Source of the DNA: an uncultured Candidatus Rokubacteria bacterium
Lineage (GTDB): Bacteria; Methylomirabilota; Methylomirabilia; Rokubacteriales; CSP1-6
Reading direction: 5' to 3'
NCBI GenBank assembly: GCA_963771355.1
Contig: CAVYTA010000006.1
Coordinates: forward strand, 128,001-192,000
Length of the DNA: 64,000 nucleotides
Each line of letters begins with the position of its first letter. Positions within the stretch are counted from its first letter, which is position 1. Of this stretch, positions 19,006-27,916 are shown piece after piece. The notes under the pieces were generated by a model. It was given only the letters and a program-made list of their open reading frames with translations, was not told the origin of the DNA and ran no database searches. Made by a program: the position numbers and the translations under genes.

Positions 19006-19868
19006 CGCCCGCCCGGCCCGGGCACCAGGACGGGAAGCGCCGCGGGCAGCACGCGGAGCACCTCCGCGGGCGCGCCCGAGGCCGTCACCGACACGTGGGC
19101 GCCGCGCAGGCGCTGCACGTGCCGCCACCGTCCGGGATGGTGGAGAACGAATCCCAGGAGGACCGCGATGAGGGCCAGGTTGGACCGCCGCGGCACGATC
19201 AGCACATCGAGCAGCCCATCGAAGGGATTGGCGTCGGGGGTGAGTGGGAGATACCCCCGATAAGTTGGCACATTGGCCACGATGGCCATGGCGGCGTCGC
19301 TCGTCACGCGGCGCCCGTCCACCGTGACCTCGACGGACGGGGGCGGGGTGGTGCGGACCAGCTCCACCGCCGACCGAACATAGGTGAGATAGCGGAGCAT
19401 CCCCGATTTCGGCGGCACCCGCTCCTCCACGCCCAGCTTGATGGTCTCGAGGAAGCCGAAGCTCCGGCTGGAGAGGAAGAGCCCGCCGCCCTTGTCTTCC
19501 TGTCCCACGTCGGCCGGCAGGACCCGGCCCGCGCGCAGCAGGCGTACGACGAAGTCGGGATCCGCGCGATGACCGAAGGTGCGGGCAAAGATATTGCCGA
19601 AGCCGGTCGGCACGGGGAGGAAGCGGGCGCCGAGCCGCACCGCCACCGGGGCGAACTCGCTGAGCGTGCTGTCACCGCCCACGCAGATCAGGGCGTCGAG
19701 CGGCTCACGGGTATCCTCGACCCAGATGCGGGCCTCGGTCGAGTCGCGGAACACGCGGGTCCGGGCGTCATACCCCTCGGCGCGCAGACGCTGCTCCAGG
19801 CTCCGCGCGACCGCGAGCCCCCGGCCATTGCCGGACACTGGATTGACGACGAGCTGAAGTGGGCGCAC
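19002..19868 (-). CDS. Diacylglycerol/lipid kinase family protein (DAGK/YegS-like)
   Basis: VVNPVSGNG, GGDSTL, PTGFGNIFA, DGLLDV. Confidence 0.88.
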   Translation of the reverse strand: MRPLQLVVNPVSGNGRGLAVARSLEQRLRAEGYDARTRVFRDSTEARIWVEDTREPLDALICVGGDSTLSEFAPVAVRLGARFLPVPTGFGNIFARTFGHRADPDFVVRLLRAGRVLPADVGQEDKGGGLFLSSRSFGFLETIKLGVEERVPPKSGMLRYLTYVRSAVELVRTTPPPSVEVTVDGRRVTSDAAMAIVANVPTYRGYLPLTPDANPFDGLLDVLIVPRRSNLALIAVLLGFVLHHPGRWRHVQRLRGAHVSVTASGAPAEVLRVLPAALPVLVPGPGGR

Positions 19869-19914
19869 CGACAGCCTATGGTAATATGAGCGCCCGCTCA
19901 CGGCGAACGCATTC

Positions 19915-20616
19915 ATGGTGAGACGACTCGAGCCGAAGGACCTGCCCCATCAGTTCGGCGGCTCCCCCGAGGAAGTCGGCCGCAACCTGGATAGCCTCAC
20001 CAAGGCCAACCGCTACTTCGGTGGCGTCCGCAGCCTGGCCCGGCCCCTGCACCGCCTGCTGCTCGGGCACCGCGGCCGGCCCGTGCGCCTGCTCGACGTG
20101 GGCTGCGGGCGCGCCGAGGCCGCGCGCCGGCACGTGGAATGGGCGCGCGCCCAGGCGATCGACCTCCGCGTCACCGTGGTCGATCGGGACGCCGACGTCA
20201 TCGCCCATGCCCGCCGCGGGTGCCAGGGCTATCCCGAGATCCGCATCGTCCGCGGTGACGCGCTCGGGCTCCCGTTCCGCCCGGGGGCCTTCGATTATGT
20301 GTCGGCCTCGATGCTGCTGCACTACTTCGGCACCGAGGAGGCGGCCGGCATCGTGCGCGGATGGGCGGCGCTGGCGGGTCGGGCGGTGATCGTGAGCGAC
20401 GTGCGCCGGCACTGGTTTCCCTGCGCGGCGATCTCGGTGCTCTCGCGGCTGTCCGGCAGCCCGCTGTTCGGGGCGGGGTCCCGCCGGACCGTGCTCCGCG
20501 GCTTCACGCCGGCCGAGCTGAGCAGGCTGGCCCGCGAGGCGGCACTGGGTCGATGGAGGCTCACGCGTCACTTCCCCTTCCGGCTGGCCCTGGTGGGATT
20601 CGTGGCGGCAGACTAG
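19915..20616 (+). CDS. Class I SAM-dependent methyltransferase
   Basis: LLDVGCG, GDALGLPF, LLHYF, RGFTPAEL. Confidence 0.88.
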   Translation: MVRRLEPKDLPHQFGGSPEEVGRNLDSLTKANRYFGGVRSLARPLHRLLLGHRGRPVRLLDVGCGRAEAARRHVEWARAQAIDLRVTVVDRDADVIAHARRGCQGYPEIRIVRGDALGLPFRPGAFDYVSASMLLHYFGTEEAAGIVRGWAALAGRAVIVSDVRRHWFPCAAISVLSRLSGSPLFGAGSRRTVLRGFTPAELSRLAREAALGRWRLTRHFPFRLALVGFVAAD

Positions 20617-21356
20617 CGCCGCGCCACCAGGCGCCGGAACACGGCCCCATGGGCGAAGCCGTAGGGGGCCGCCAGCTCGGCGGCGTTCTTCTTGACGCGC
20701 GCCCCGATGGTCTCGCCCGACGGCACGTTGAAGCCCGGCACCTGGCTCTCATGGCGAACGAGGGCGGCGATCTGCCGGTCCACCGCGTCCGACACGTCCA
20801 CGATCGCGTCGGGCGCGTCGGCCCCCCAGTACCAGAGCTCGCGGACCTTGTGCGGCTCGAGCCCGTCCCGCGTGACGTGCTCGGGGAAGTGGAGGTGGTC
20901 GCGCGCGTAGGGATACACCGCGTCCGTCGTCACGATGCCGGCCTTGCGATGGTCACGGTGCTGGAAGCCCTTCATGCGGTACGGATCGTGGACGAACACG
21001 GTGTCGGGGCGGTGCTGGCGGATGGCGCGCACCACGTCGCCGAGGAAGGCGCGCGTTTCCTCCAGCTCGCCGTCGGGATAGCCCAGCATGACGACGTGCT
21101 TCACCCCCATGAAGTCGGCGGCGGCCCGCTGCTCCTCCGCCCGGCGCTGGGCGAGCGCGGCCGGGGTCAGCGTGCGGTCGGCGCTGCCCGCGTCGCCGTT
21201 GGTGCACAGCACGTACGTCACCTCGCAGCCCGCCGCCACCCACTTGGCGATCACGCCGCCGGAGCCGATCTCGGCGTCGTCCGGGTGGGCGAAGACCACC
21301 ATGGCCCGGGCGGGGACCTCCGTCACCACCTCGAGCGGGCCCTGGTCCGCGCTCAT
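20613..21356 (-). CDS. PIG-L/LmbE family deacetylase
   Basis: FAHPDDAE, TNGDAGS, HRDHR, HESQ. Confidence 0.92.
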   Translation of the reverse strand: MSADQGPLEVVTEVPARAMVVFAHPDDAEIGSGGVIAKWVAAGCEVTYVLCTNGDAGSADRTLTPAALAQRRAEEQRAAADFMGVKHVVMLGYPDGELEETRAFLGDVVRAIRQHRPDTVFVHDPYRMKGFQHRDHRKAGIVTTDAVYPYARDHLHFPEHVTRDGLEPHKVRELWYWGADAPDAIVDVSDAVDRQIAALVRHESQVPGFNVPSGETIGARVKKNAAELAAPYGFAHGAVFRRLVARR

Positions 21357-22591
21357 CGCGGGCGCGCCGCCATCTGGGCGGGGTCCATCCCGTAGAAGAG
21401 CCCGCCCCCGGTGTCGCCCGGGCGAGGCCAGGGGTGCGCGCGCAGCACGCGCTCGTCGATCTCCGTGCCCCAGCCCGGCGCGTCGCTCAGCCAGATGTGG
21501 CCGTCGCGGATCTCCGGGGGCCTCGTTACCAGCGCGCCTTTCCAGGGCACGTCGTCGATGTCGATCTCCATGATGCGGACATTGGGCAGGACGGCGCAGA
21601 GGTGCAGCGAGTGCAGGTCGGCGAGGTGGCTGTAGTAGTTGTGCGGCGCGATGTTGATCTCGCAGGCCTCGGCGAGGCGGCCGATCTGTACCGCCTGGGA
21701 GAAGCCGTTCCACGGCACGTCGATGATGGCCACGTCCACCGCGTGCTTTTCGAGGAAGGGCCGGTATTGCCGGAGCGACACCAGGCTCTCGCAGGAGGCC
21801 AGCCGGGTGGAGGTGGACTGCTTGATCTGCAGCAGCGCGTCCGGGTCCCAGTTGTCGTACTCGAGCCACTGCATGTCGTACTTCTCCAGCAGCTTGGCGA
21901 TGCGGAGCACGCCCTCGGTCCGGAAGTTGTAGTTGAGATCGAGGCAGAGCCCCACCTTCGGTCCCACCGCGTCGCGGAAGGTCCCGATGAGGCGGTCGAT
22001 GGCGTCGAGGATCTCCACCGTGGGCGCCCCGTCGGTGGTGTTGATGCCGCTGCCGAAGCCCGGGAAGTAGACGGTGGCCGGATCGCCGGGGATGACCATG
22101 TTCGTCTTGAGCGCGGTGAAGCCCCGCGCCACCACCTCGCGTCCCAGCGCGGCGATGTCGTCGTAGGTCTTGAGCGGCGGCGTGCCCAGCACCGTGCCCA
22201 TGCGGGCCCGGGTGGTCCCGCAGTGCGACCAGTACAGCCGCATGCGGTCGCGCAGGGGCCCGCCGAAGAGCTCGTACACCGGCACCCCCAGCGCCTTGGC
22301 CTTGATGTCCCAGAGGGCGAGCTCGATGCCGGCCATCGCCTTGTGCGAGATGCCGCCCAGGTTCTGCCGCGTGGCGCGCAGCATGTCCCAGTACAGGCGC
22401 TCCACCGGGCGCGGGTCCTGGCCGACGAGTAGCGGCGCCAGATCGCGCACGCAGCCGGCGAGGCCGTGGGGACTGCGATTGTCGCTGCACTCCCCCCAGC
22501 CGACGAGCCCCCCGTCGGTCTCGATGCGGACGAAGGTCCAGGGTCGCCAGCCGCCGTCACAATGCAGCGCCTCTACACGCGCGATCTTCAT
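21353..22591 (-). CDS. Mandelate racemase/muconate lactonizing enzyme family dehydratase
   Basis: IELALWDIKAKALGVPVYELFGG, KTN, DLN, APHN; AGGAGG RBS. Confidence 0.92.
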   Translation of the reverse strand: MKIARVEALHCDGGWRPWTFVRIETDGGLVGWGECSDNRSPHGLAGCVRDLAPLLVGQDPRPVERLYWDMLRATRQNLGGISHKAMAGIELALWDIKAKALGVPVYELFGGPLRDRMRLYWSHCGTTRARMGTVLGTPPLKTYDDIAALGREVVARGFTALKTNMVIPGDPATVYFPGFGSGINTTDGAPTVEILDAIDRLIGTFRDAVGPKVGLCLDLNYNFRTEGVLRIAKLLEKYDMQWLEYDNWDPDALLQIKQSTSTRLASCESLVSLRQYRPFLEKHAVDVAIIDVPWNGFSQAVQIGRLAEACEINIAPHNYYSHLADLHSLHLCAVLPNVRIMEIDIDDVPWKGALVTRPPEIRDGHIWLSDAPGWGTEIDERVLRAHPWPRPGDTGGGLFYGMDPAQMAARPR

Positions 22592-22674
22592 CGGGCCTCC
22601 TGGTCGGGAATTGCGGGCACGCCATCTTACCCCAGGGCGGCGGCAGGGGAGCACCGCGGGGCTATACTGCCCCC

Positions 22675-24141
22675 ATGACGACATCCAGCGCTCACGCGTT
22701 CCGTCCGCATCCGGGGCTGCGTCAGGGATTCTCCAGCGAGGTGCCGCTGCCGACGCGGCTCGTCTCCAACGAGGAGTTCGCGCCGCTGCCGCCGACCGCC
22801 GCCCAGCGGCGCGTGGAGGCGCACATCCTGGCGGAGGCCGGGCGGCTGGCGCCGCGGCTCGGTCTCGGCCGCCGCGAGTTCCTGCGGACGGGCGGGGGCA
22901 TGGCGGTCTCGCTCCTGGCCATGAACGCGGTGTTCGGGCGCTTCTTCGACGTGCTCCCGGTGGAAGCGGCGGATCCGGTCGCCTTCCAGGAGCGCAAGGG
23001 TGACCCCGCCTTCATCTTCGACGTGCAGCTGCACTACGTGGGCGCGGGCTACGATCCCGGTGACACCGAACGCGCGCGGGGCGGGGTGAGCAAGCAGGGG
23101 TTGCTCGGGCTTCGTCGGAACTCGCGGCGGCTCAACCCGAAGCTTGCCGCCGACCGCGGCACGCTGGCCGATCTCGCCTGGGAGAACATGGTGAAGGAGG
23201 TCTTTCTCGACAGCGAGACCAGCATCGGGCTCATCTCCACGCCCCCCGGTCCCTATCCGCAGGAGGCGGTGGTGCCCCCCCGGGAGATGACCCATATCCG
23301 GGACGAGATCAATCGCGTTACCCAGTCGCGGCGCATGCTGGCGCACGGGCTGGTGACGCCCCAGCTCGGCCAGGCCGACCTCGACTTCATGGACATGCAG
23401 GCGGCCACCCTCAAGGTGGACGCGTGGAAGGCCTATACCGGCGCGGCGCCCAAGGGCTTCGACCGCGGCTGGTTCATGGACGACGAGAAGGTCGCCTATC
23501 CCATGCTGGAGCGGGCCCGCCGCCTCGGCGTGAAGCGGCTCTGCGTGCACAAGGGCCTGCCCCTGGGCCCGGTGGCGGACTTCAATCACCCGCGCGACTT
23601 CATCAAGGCGGCGCGGGACTTTCCCGATCTCGACTTCCTCGCATATCACGCGGGTCTCCTCTCCGTGTCCGCCACCGGGCAGACCGCGGAGGTGCCCTGG
23701 ACCAGCGAGTTCTGCCGCATGAAGAAGAAGGAGCCCGGCCTCCGGAACATCTACCTGGAGCTGGGCTCCACCTTCGGGCAGCTCGTCACCACCAACCCCA
23801 CCGCCTGCGCGCATCTCCTGGGGCAGGCCATCGACGCCTTCGGCGCGGACCACGTGCTCTGGGGCACGGACTCCATCTGGTACGGCTCACCCCAGTGGCA
23901 GATCGAGGCCTTCCGGCGCTTCGAGATCCCCCCCGCGCTGGTGGAGAAGCACGGCTATGCGCCGCTCACGCGCGCCGTGAAGGAGGGGATCTTCGGACTC
24001 AACGCGGCGCGCGTGTTCGGGGTGGACCCGAACGCCGCGCGCCACGAGATCCCGAAGGACTACCTGAGCCGGATCAAGATGTCCTATCTCGACGAGGGAC
24101 CGGCGCCCAGCCACCGCTGGTACGGCTGGGTCACTCGCTGA
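22675..24141 (+). CDS. Amidohydrolase_2 family protein with Tat-like motif
   Basis: RREFLRTGG, FDVQLH, CVHKG, AYHAG, WGTDSIWYG. Confidence 0.88.
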   Translation: MTTSSAHAFRPHPGLRQGFSSEVPLPTRLVSNEEFAPLPPTAAQRRVEAHILAEAGRLAPRLGLGRREFLRTGGGMAVSLLAMNAVFGRFFDVLPVEAADPVAFQERKGDPAFIFDVQLHYVGAGYDPGDTERARGGVSKQGLLGLRRNSRRLNPKLAADRGTLADLAWENMVKEVFLDSETSIGLISTPPGPYPQEAVVPPREMTHIRDEINRVTQSRRMLAHGLVTPQLGQADLDFMDMQAATLKVDAWKAYTGAAPKGFDRGWFMDDEKVAYPMLERARRLGVKRLCVHKGLPLGPVADFNHPRDFIKAARDFPDLDFLAYHAGLLSVSATGQTAEVPWTSEFCRMKKKEPGLRNIYLELGSTFGQLVTTNPTACAHLLGQAIDAFGADHVLWGTDSIWYGSPQWQIEAFRRFEIPPALVEKHGYAPLTRAVKEGIFGLNAARVFGVDPNAARHEIPKDYLSRIKMSYLDEGPAPSHRWYGWVTR

Positions 24142-25729
24142 GCCACACCGTATCGAGCTGCTGATTGATGTAGTGACTGGGCGTGATGGTCCAGCCGCGC
24201 ACCTTGGCCAGGTGCGGGACGATGCGCTGCCACTGGAAGGTCATGATGTAGTGGACTTCCTCGTCGTACAGGCGCTTCTCGAAGGCGCGCAGCAGCTTCT
24301 TCCGCTCCTCCGGATCCACCGCGCGGGACTGCTTCTCGTAGAGCTCGTCCATCACCGCGTCCTTGTGCCGGCTGAAGTTCACGGGTGACGTGCTGAGGAA
24401 CCAGTGCAGGTCCATGTCAGGCTCGACGATCGAGTTGCACGGCGCGTTGGTGGAGACCTCGAAGTCCCCGTTCTTTTGCGCCTGAAGCCAGGCGGCCGTC
24501 TCCAGCACCACCTGCTTGACGTTGAGCCCGACCTGCCGCCACTGGTCGATGAGCCAGATGGCGACCGGCTCGTAGGGCTGCGGCACCGCGCGGTTCAGGA
24601 GGGTGAAGGACAGGCCCTCCGCGCCGGCCTCCTTCAAGAGACGCCGTGCCTCCACGCGGGCGGCATTGATGTCACGTCCATAGCCCGCTAGCTTGGCCAG
24701 CTCCTCGGGCGGGGTGGCCCACGGGGTGCCCGGCACCTGGATGCCGGCGACATCCTTGACGATGGCGATGCGGGACAACGCCTTGGAGCCTTCGTACCGG
24801 TCCAGCGCGAGGGAGAGCGCGCGGCGGACCCGCTTGTCCTCGAACGGCTTCTTGTTCTGGTTCATCGCCACCTGGATGGAGCAGTTCCAGGCGCTCTCCT
24901 GCACGGTGAGCTTGTTGCCCAGCGCCGCCACCATCGAATCCCGATCCGCCGGGGTGAAGCCGCGGAACTGGATCATCGCGCGCTCCCCGCGTACCGCCGC
25001 CACCTGTGCGGAGGCGCTGGGAATGAAGATCGCCCGGAAGCCGTCCAGGTAAGGCTTGCCCTTGTCCCAGTAGTCGGGGTTCTTCTTGCCCACCCAGTGC
25101 GAGCCGCGCACGTACTCGACGAACTTGAAGGGCCCCGTCCCCATCACGTTCTTCTCGTACCAGCGCGGGTCGGCGGCGAGGAGATCGGCCTTGTAGATCC
25201 AGTTCCAGGGCGAGGCCAGGCTCGCCATGAAGGATCCTTCGTACCACTTGAGGCGAAAGATCACCGTGTCGGTCGCCGGCGCCTCCACCGCCTCGATCGC
25301 CCGGTACTGCTCCTTCCGGCTCGACACCACGCCCGGCGGCGGGAAGATGATGTGATCGTAGGAGGCCTTGACGTCTCGCGAGGTGAGGACGCTGCCGTCG
25401 TGGAACTTGACGCCCCGGCGGATCTTGAAGGTGTGGGTGCGCCGGTCCGGCGAGGCCGTCCAGGACTCGGCGAGGTCGCCGATGAACTTGGTGCCGGTCC
25501 GGTCAGTGGGATCCACCCGGATGAGGAGGTTGTAGTGCGGCGCCCCCGGATGGAGCATCGCGAAGGTCTCTTCCCGGTGGGCGTCGAAGCTCGGCGGCTC
25601 CGCGGGCACCACGAAGACGAGCTCGCCGCCGGGGCGGGGCTTGTCCTGAGCCGGGGCGGCCAACGGGGCGGCGAGGGCCAGCGCGCCCGAGAAAATCAAG
25701 GAGACGAACCGGATCTGGGTCGGGGTCAA
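24131..25729 (-). CDS. ABC transporter substrate-binding protein, family 5
   Basis: GGAGGT RBS with TTG start; DLAESW..FKIRRGVKFHDGS, MGTGPFKF. Confidence 0.93.
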   Translation of the reverse strand: MTPTQIRFVSLIFSGALALAAPLAAPAQDKPRPGGELVFVVPAEPPSFDAHREETFAMLHPGAPHYNLLIRVDPTDRTGTKFIGDLAESWTASPDRRTHTFKIRRGVKFHDGSVLTSRDVKASYDHIIFPPPGVVSSRKEQYRAIEAVEAPATDTVIFRLKWYEGSFMASLASPWNWIYKADLLAADPRWYEKNVMGTGPFKFVEYVRGSHWVGKKNPDYWDKGKPYLDGFRAIFIPSASAQVAAVRGERAMIQFRGFTPADRDSMVAALGNKLTVQESAWNCSIQVAMNQNKKPFEDKRVRRALSLALDRYEGSKALSRIAIVKDVAGIQVPGTPWATPPEELAKLAGYGRDINAARVEARRLLKEAGAEGLSFTLLNRAVPQPYEPVAIWLIDQWRQVGLNVKQVVLETAAWLQAQKNGDFEVSTNAPCNSIVEPDMDLHWFLSTSPVNFSRHKDAVMDELYEKQSRAVDPEERKKLLRAFEKRLYDEEVHYIMTFQWQRIVPHLAKVRGWTITPSHYINQQLDTVWLSE

Positions 25730-25855
25730 GTTCCACCTCCCGCGTCGGTGAAGGGTGGGGGAAGGACACACGGGGTCTCGAGACGGGTCACCATGCGCGG
25801 CGGCGAGTCAAGTCGCCGGAATCCTACCATATCGGCGCCCGGGACCGCCGGGCGG

Positions 25856-27004
25856 TCACGTGCGATATAGCGCCTTGAGCCACGGCGGCGCCACGAACGT
25901 GGTGAGCATGACCACGACGATGAGCGCGGCGTAGAGGTCGTCGCCGATGACGCCGGCGGCGAGCCCGGCTCCGGCGAAGATGAGTCCAACTTCCCCGCGC
26001 GGCACCATGCCGACGCCGATCGGCCACCGACGTACGCCTCGCTGGTAGATCGCGAGCCCGGCCGCGAGCTTGGCGGCGATGGCAGCCGCGGTGAGCAGCA
26101 CCGCGATCCCGAGCTGCGCGTTCTCGGCGAAGGGGTTCAGCATCGCGGGCTGAACCTTCATCCCCACCGTCACGAAGAAGACCGGCACGAGCAGGTCGGC
26201 GACCGGCTTGATCCGCTCCTCGATGTGCTCGCGGCGCTCCGTGGTAGCCAGCACCAACCCTGCCGCGAATGCGCCAATGATGGTCGCCAGCCCCATCATG
26301 TCCGCGACGACGGCGAGCGCCACGGCGAAGACCATCGAAGAGACGAGCAGGGCGCCCCGCGCCCGCATCCTCGCGACCATCTTCACGAGCGTTGGCGCCA
26401 GGCGGATCCCGACCAGGATTGCGGCCACCAGGAATGCGATGGCCTTCGCGGACAAGAGGGCGACGGCGAAGATGGAGACGCCACCGGTTTGCGCTACCCC
26501 GGTCACGACGGCAAGGATCAGAAGACCGAGGATGTCGTCCACGACCGCCGCCCCGAGCACCACTTTTGCCGCCACGTCCTGAAGTCGGCCCAGGTCGGCG
26601 AGCACCCGGGCCGTGATACCCACGCTGGTCGCGGTGAGGGTGGCTCCAACGAACACCGCCACGAGCGGGGGGTGGCCGAGCCCGCGCATGATCCCGAACC
26701 CCACCGCGAAGGGCACCACCACGCCCACGAGCGCGACCAGCGCGGCCTGGATGCCCGCGCGAAGGAGATCGCCGAGGTCGGACTCGAGCCCCACCTCGAA
26801 CAGGAGGATGAGCACGCCCAGCTCGGCGAGGGCGTGAAGCGCCTCGGACTCGTGCACGAGGCCCAGGACGCCGGGGCCGATGATCACTCCAGCCAGCAGC
26901 TCGCCCAGGACCGCCGTCTGGCCGATCCGCTCCATGCCCTCGCCCGCCACCTTGGCGGCGAACCAGACGAGGACGAGCCCCAGCAGCATCTCGCGGAGTT
27001 CCAT
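25856..27004 (-). CDS. Cation:proton antiporter (CPA2, NapA-like)
   Basis: LLFEVGLE, TATSVGITARVL, AAVVDD, GMVPRGEVG. Confidence 0.93.
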   Translation of the reverse strand: MELREMLLGLVLVWFAAKVAGEGMERIGQTAVLGELLAGVIIGPGVLGLVHESEALHALAELGVLILLFEVGLESDLGDLLRAGIQAALVALVGVVVPFAVGFGIMRGLGHPPLVAVFVGATLTATSVGITARVLADLGRLQDVAAKVVLGAAVVDDILGLLILAVVTGVAQTGGVSIFAVALLSAKAIAFLVAAILVGIRLAPTLVKMVARMRARGALLVSSMVFAVALAVVADMMGLATIIGAFAAGLVLATTERREHIEERIKPVADLLVPVFFVTVGMKVQPAMLNPFAENAQLGIAVLLTAAAIAAKLAAGLAIYQRGVRRWPIGVGMVPRGEVGLIFAGAGLAAGVIGDDLYAALIVVVMLTTFVAPPWLKALYRT

Positions 27005-27028
27005 GACCTGACTATCGTCCTCGGCCGC

Positions 27029-27373
27029 TCACGAGCTCATACCCAGCGCTGCGCACCTGGTCCGGACGTCTGCCACCGATCCGCAATTCCTCACGTATTC
27101 GACGAACGCGCCGAGCGGTGTCGCCTCGACGCTGTCCGGCCGGACGTCCCGGGTGAGTCGGGTGAGGACGGCCCGACCTTCCTCGCCGTCGAGGTTGCAG
27201 GTGAAGATTCGATCGGAGCTGAGCCCCATGAACTTTACCGCCTCGATGGTCAGCATCCCTCCCTTGAAGCCCCCTTTCTCGTGATTGACCACGATCTTCT
27301 CGCCGCTGTCGAGCGTGATCTGACAGTATGCGCCGGCCCTGGGATCGGTGACGAACCGTCCGACTTTGGCCAT
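27029..27373 (-). CDS. Hypothetical protein (114 aa)
   Basis: GGAGG RBS; globular-looking sequence MAKVGRFVTDPRAGAYCQITLDSGEK. Confidence 0.7.
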   Translation of the reverse strand: MAKVGRFVTDPRAGAYCQITLDSGEKIVVNHEKGGFKGGMLTIEAVKFMGLSSDRIFTCNLDGEEGRAVLTRLTRDVRPDSVEATPLGAFVEYVRNCGSVADVRTRCAALGMSS

Positions 27374-27486
27374 GATGCCCTCCTCCCTCGTTGCCCTTCC
27401 CGATGGTGTCTCCTCGTTGGATGTCGCCGTTAGCACGCAAGCGTCCCGCGATGGGGCCGCCGACCATCTCGGAGGCGGAGGACGAT

Positions 27487-27804
27487 CTAGTGAGGATCTT
27501 CGGACGGCGAAGAGAGCGCGCAGACGGACCGGGGCAGGCACTGGGCCGCGGATCTCGCGAGACGGACGACATCGCTGAGGGGTGACAGCCGATGCCGGAG
27601 GTCGATGTGCGGCGAGGGGAGCACGAACGAGCCCGCGTTCAGGATTGGGAGTACCACGACCTCGACGACGAGCCGGCCGCGGACGACCCGGGTCCCCTCC
27701 GCCGAGTCATCGGCCTCGAACACGAACGCTCCCGGCATCGCGGGCAGCGAGAGGTCGAGCGTCAGATAGACGAGGATCGCCACGAGCAGCGCGCGCCGGT
27801 TCAC
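27487..27804 (-). CDS. Hypothetical small membrane-anchored protein
   Basis: N-terminal hydrophobic helix RALLVAILVYLTLDLS then PAMPGAFVFEADDS; ends SPSEDPH. Confidence 0.55.
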   Translation of the reverse strand: MNRRALLVAILVYLTLDLSLPAMPGAFVFEADDSAEGTRVVRGRLVVEVVVLPILNAGSFVLPSPHIDLRHRLSPLSDVVRLARSAAQCLPRSVCALSSPSEDPH

Positions 27805-27916
27805 GGGGCTGATCTTAACCTTCCGCCAAGCGCATGCAAAGCGGGGTGGGAGGATGCGGTATGATTCCTCCCGGCGATTTTGGAGTGTCCGCAGTGTCCC
27901 AGGGGAGGAGCGTCCG

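Noticed and set aside
20613..20616. Shared CTAG stop of two convergent genes
   Set aside because: Common compact arrangement with no further significance
20613..22490. Apparent 625-aa PIG-L fusion
   Set aside because: The upstream part overlaps the enolase-superfamily gene in another frame; the real start is 21356
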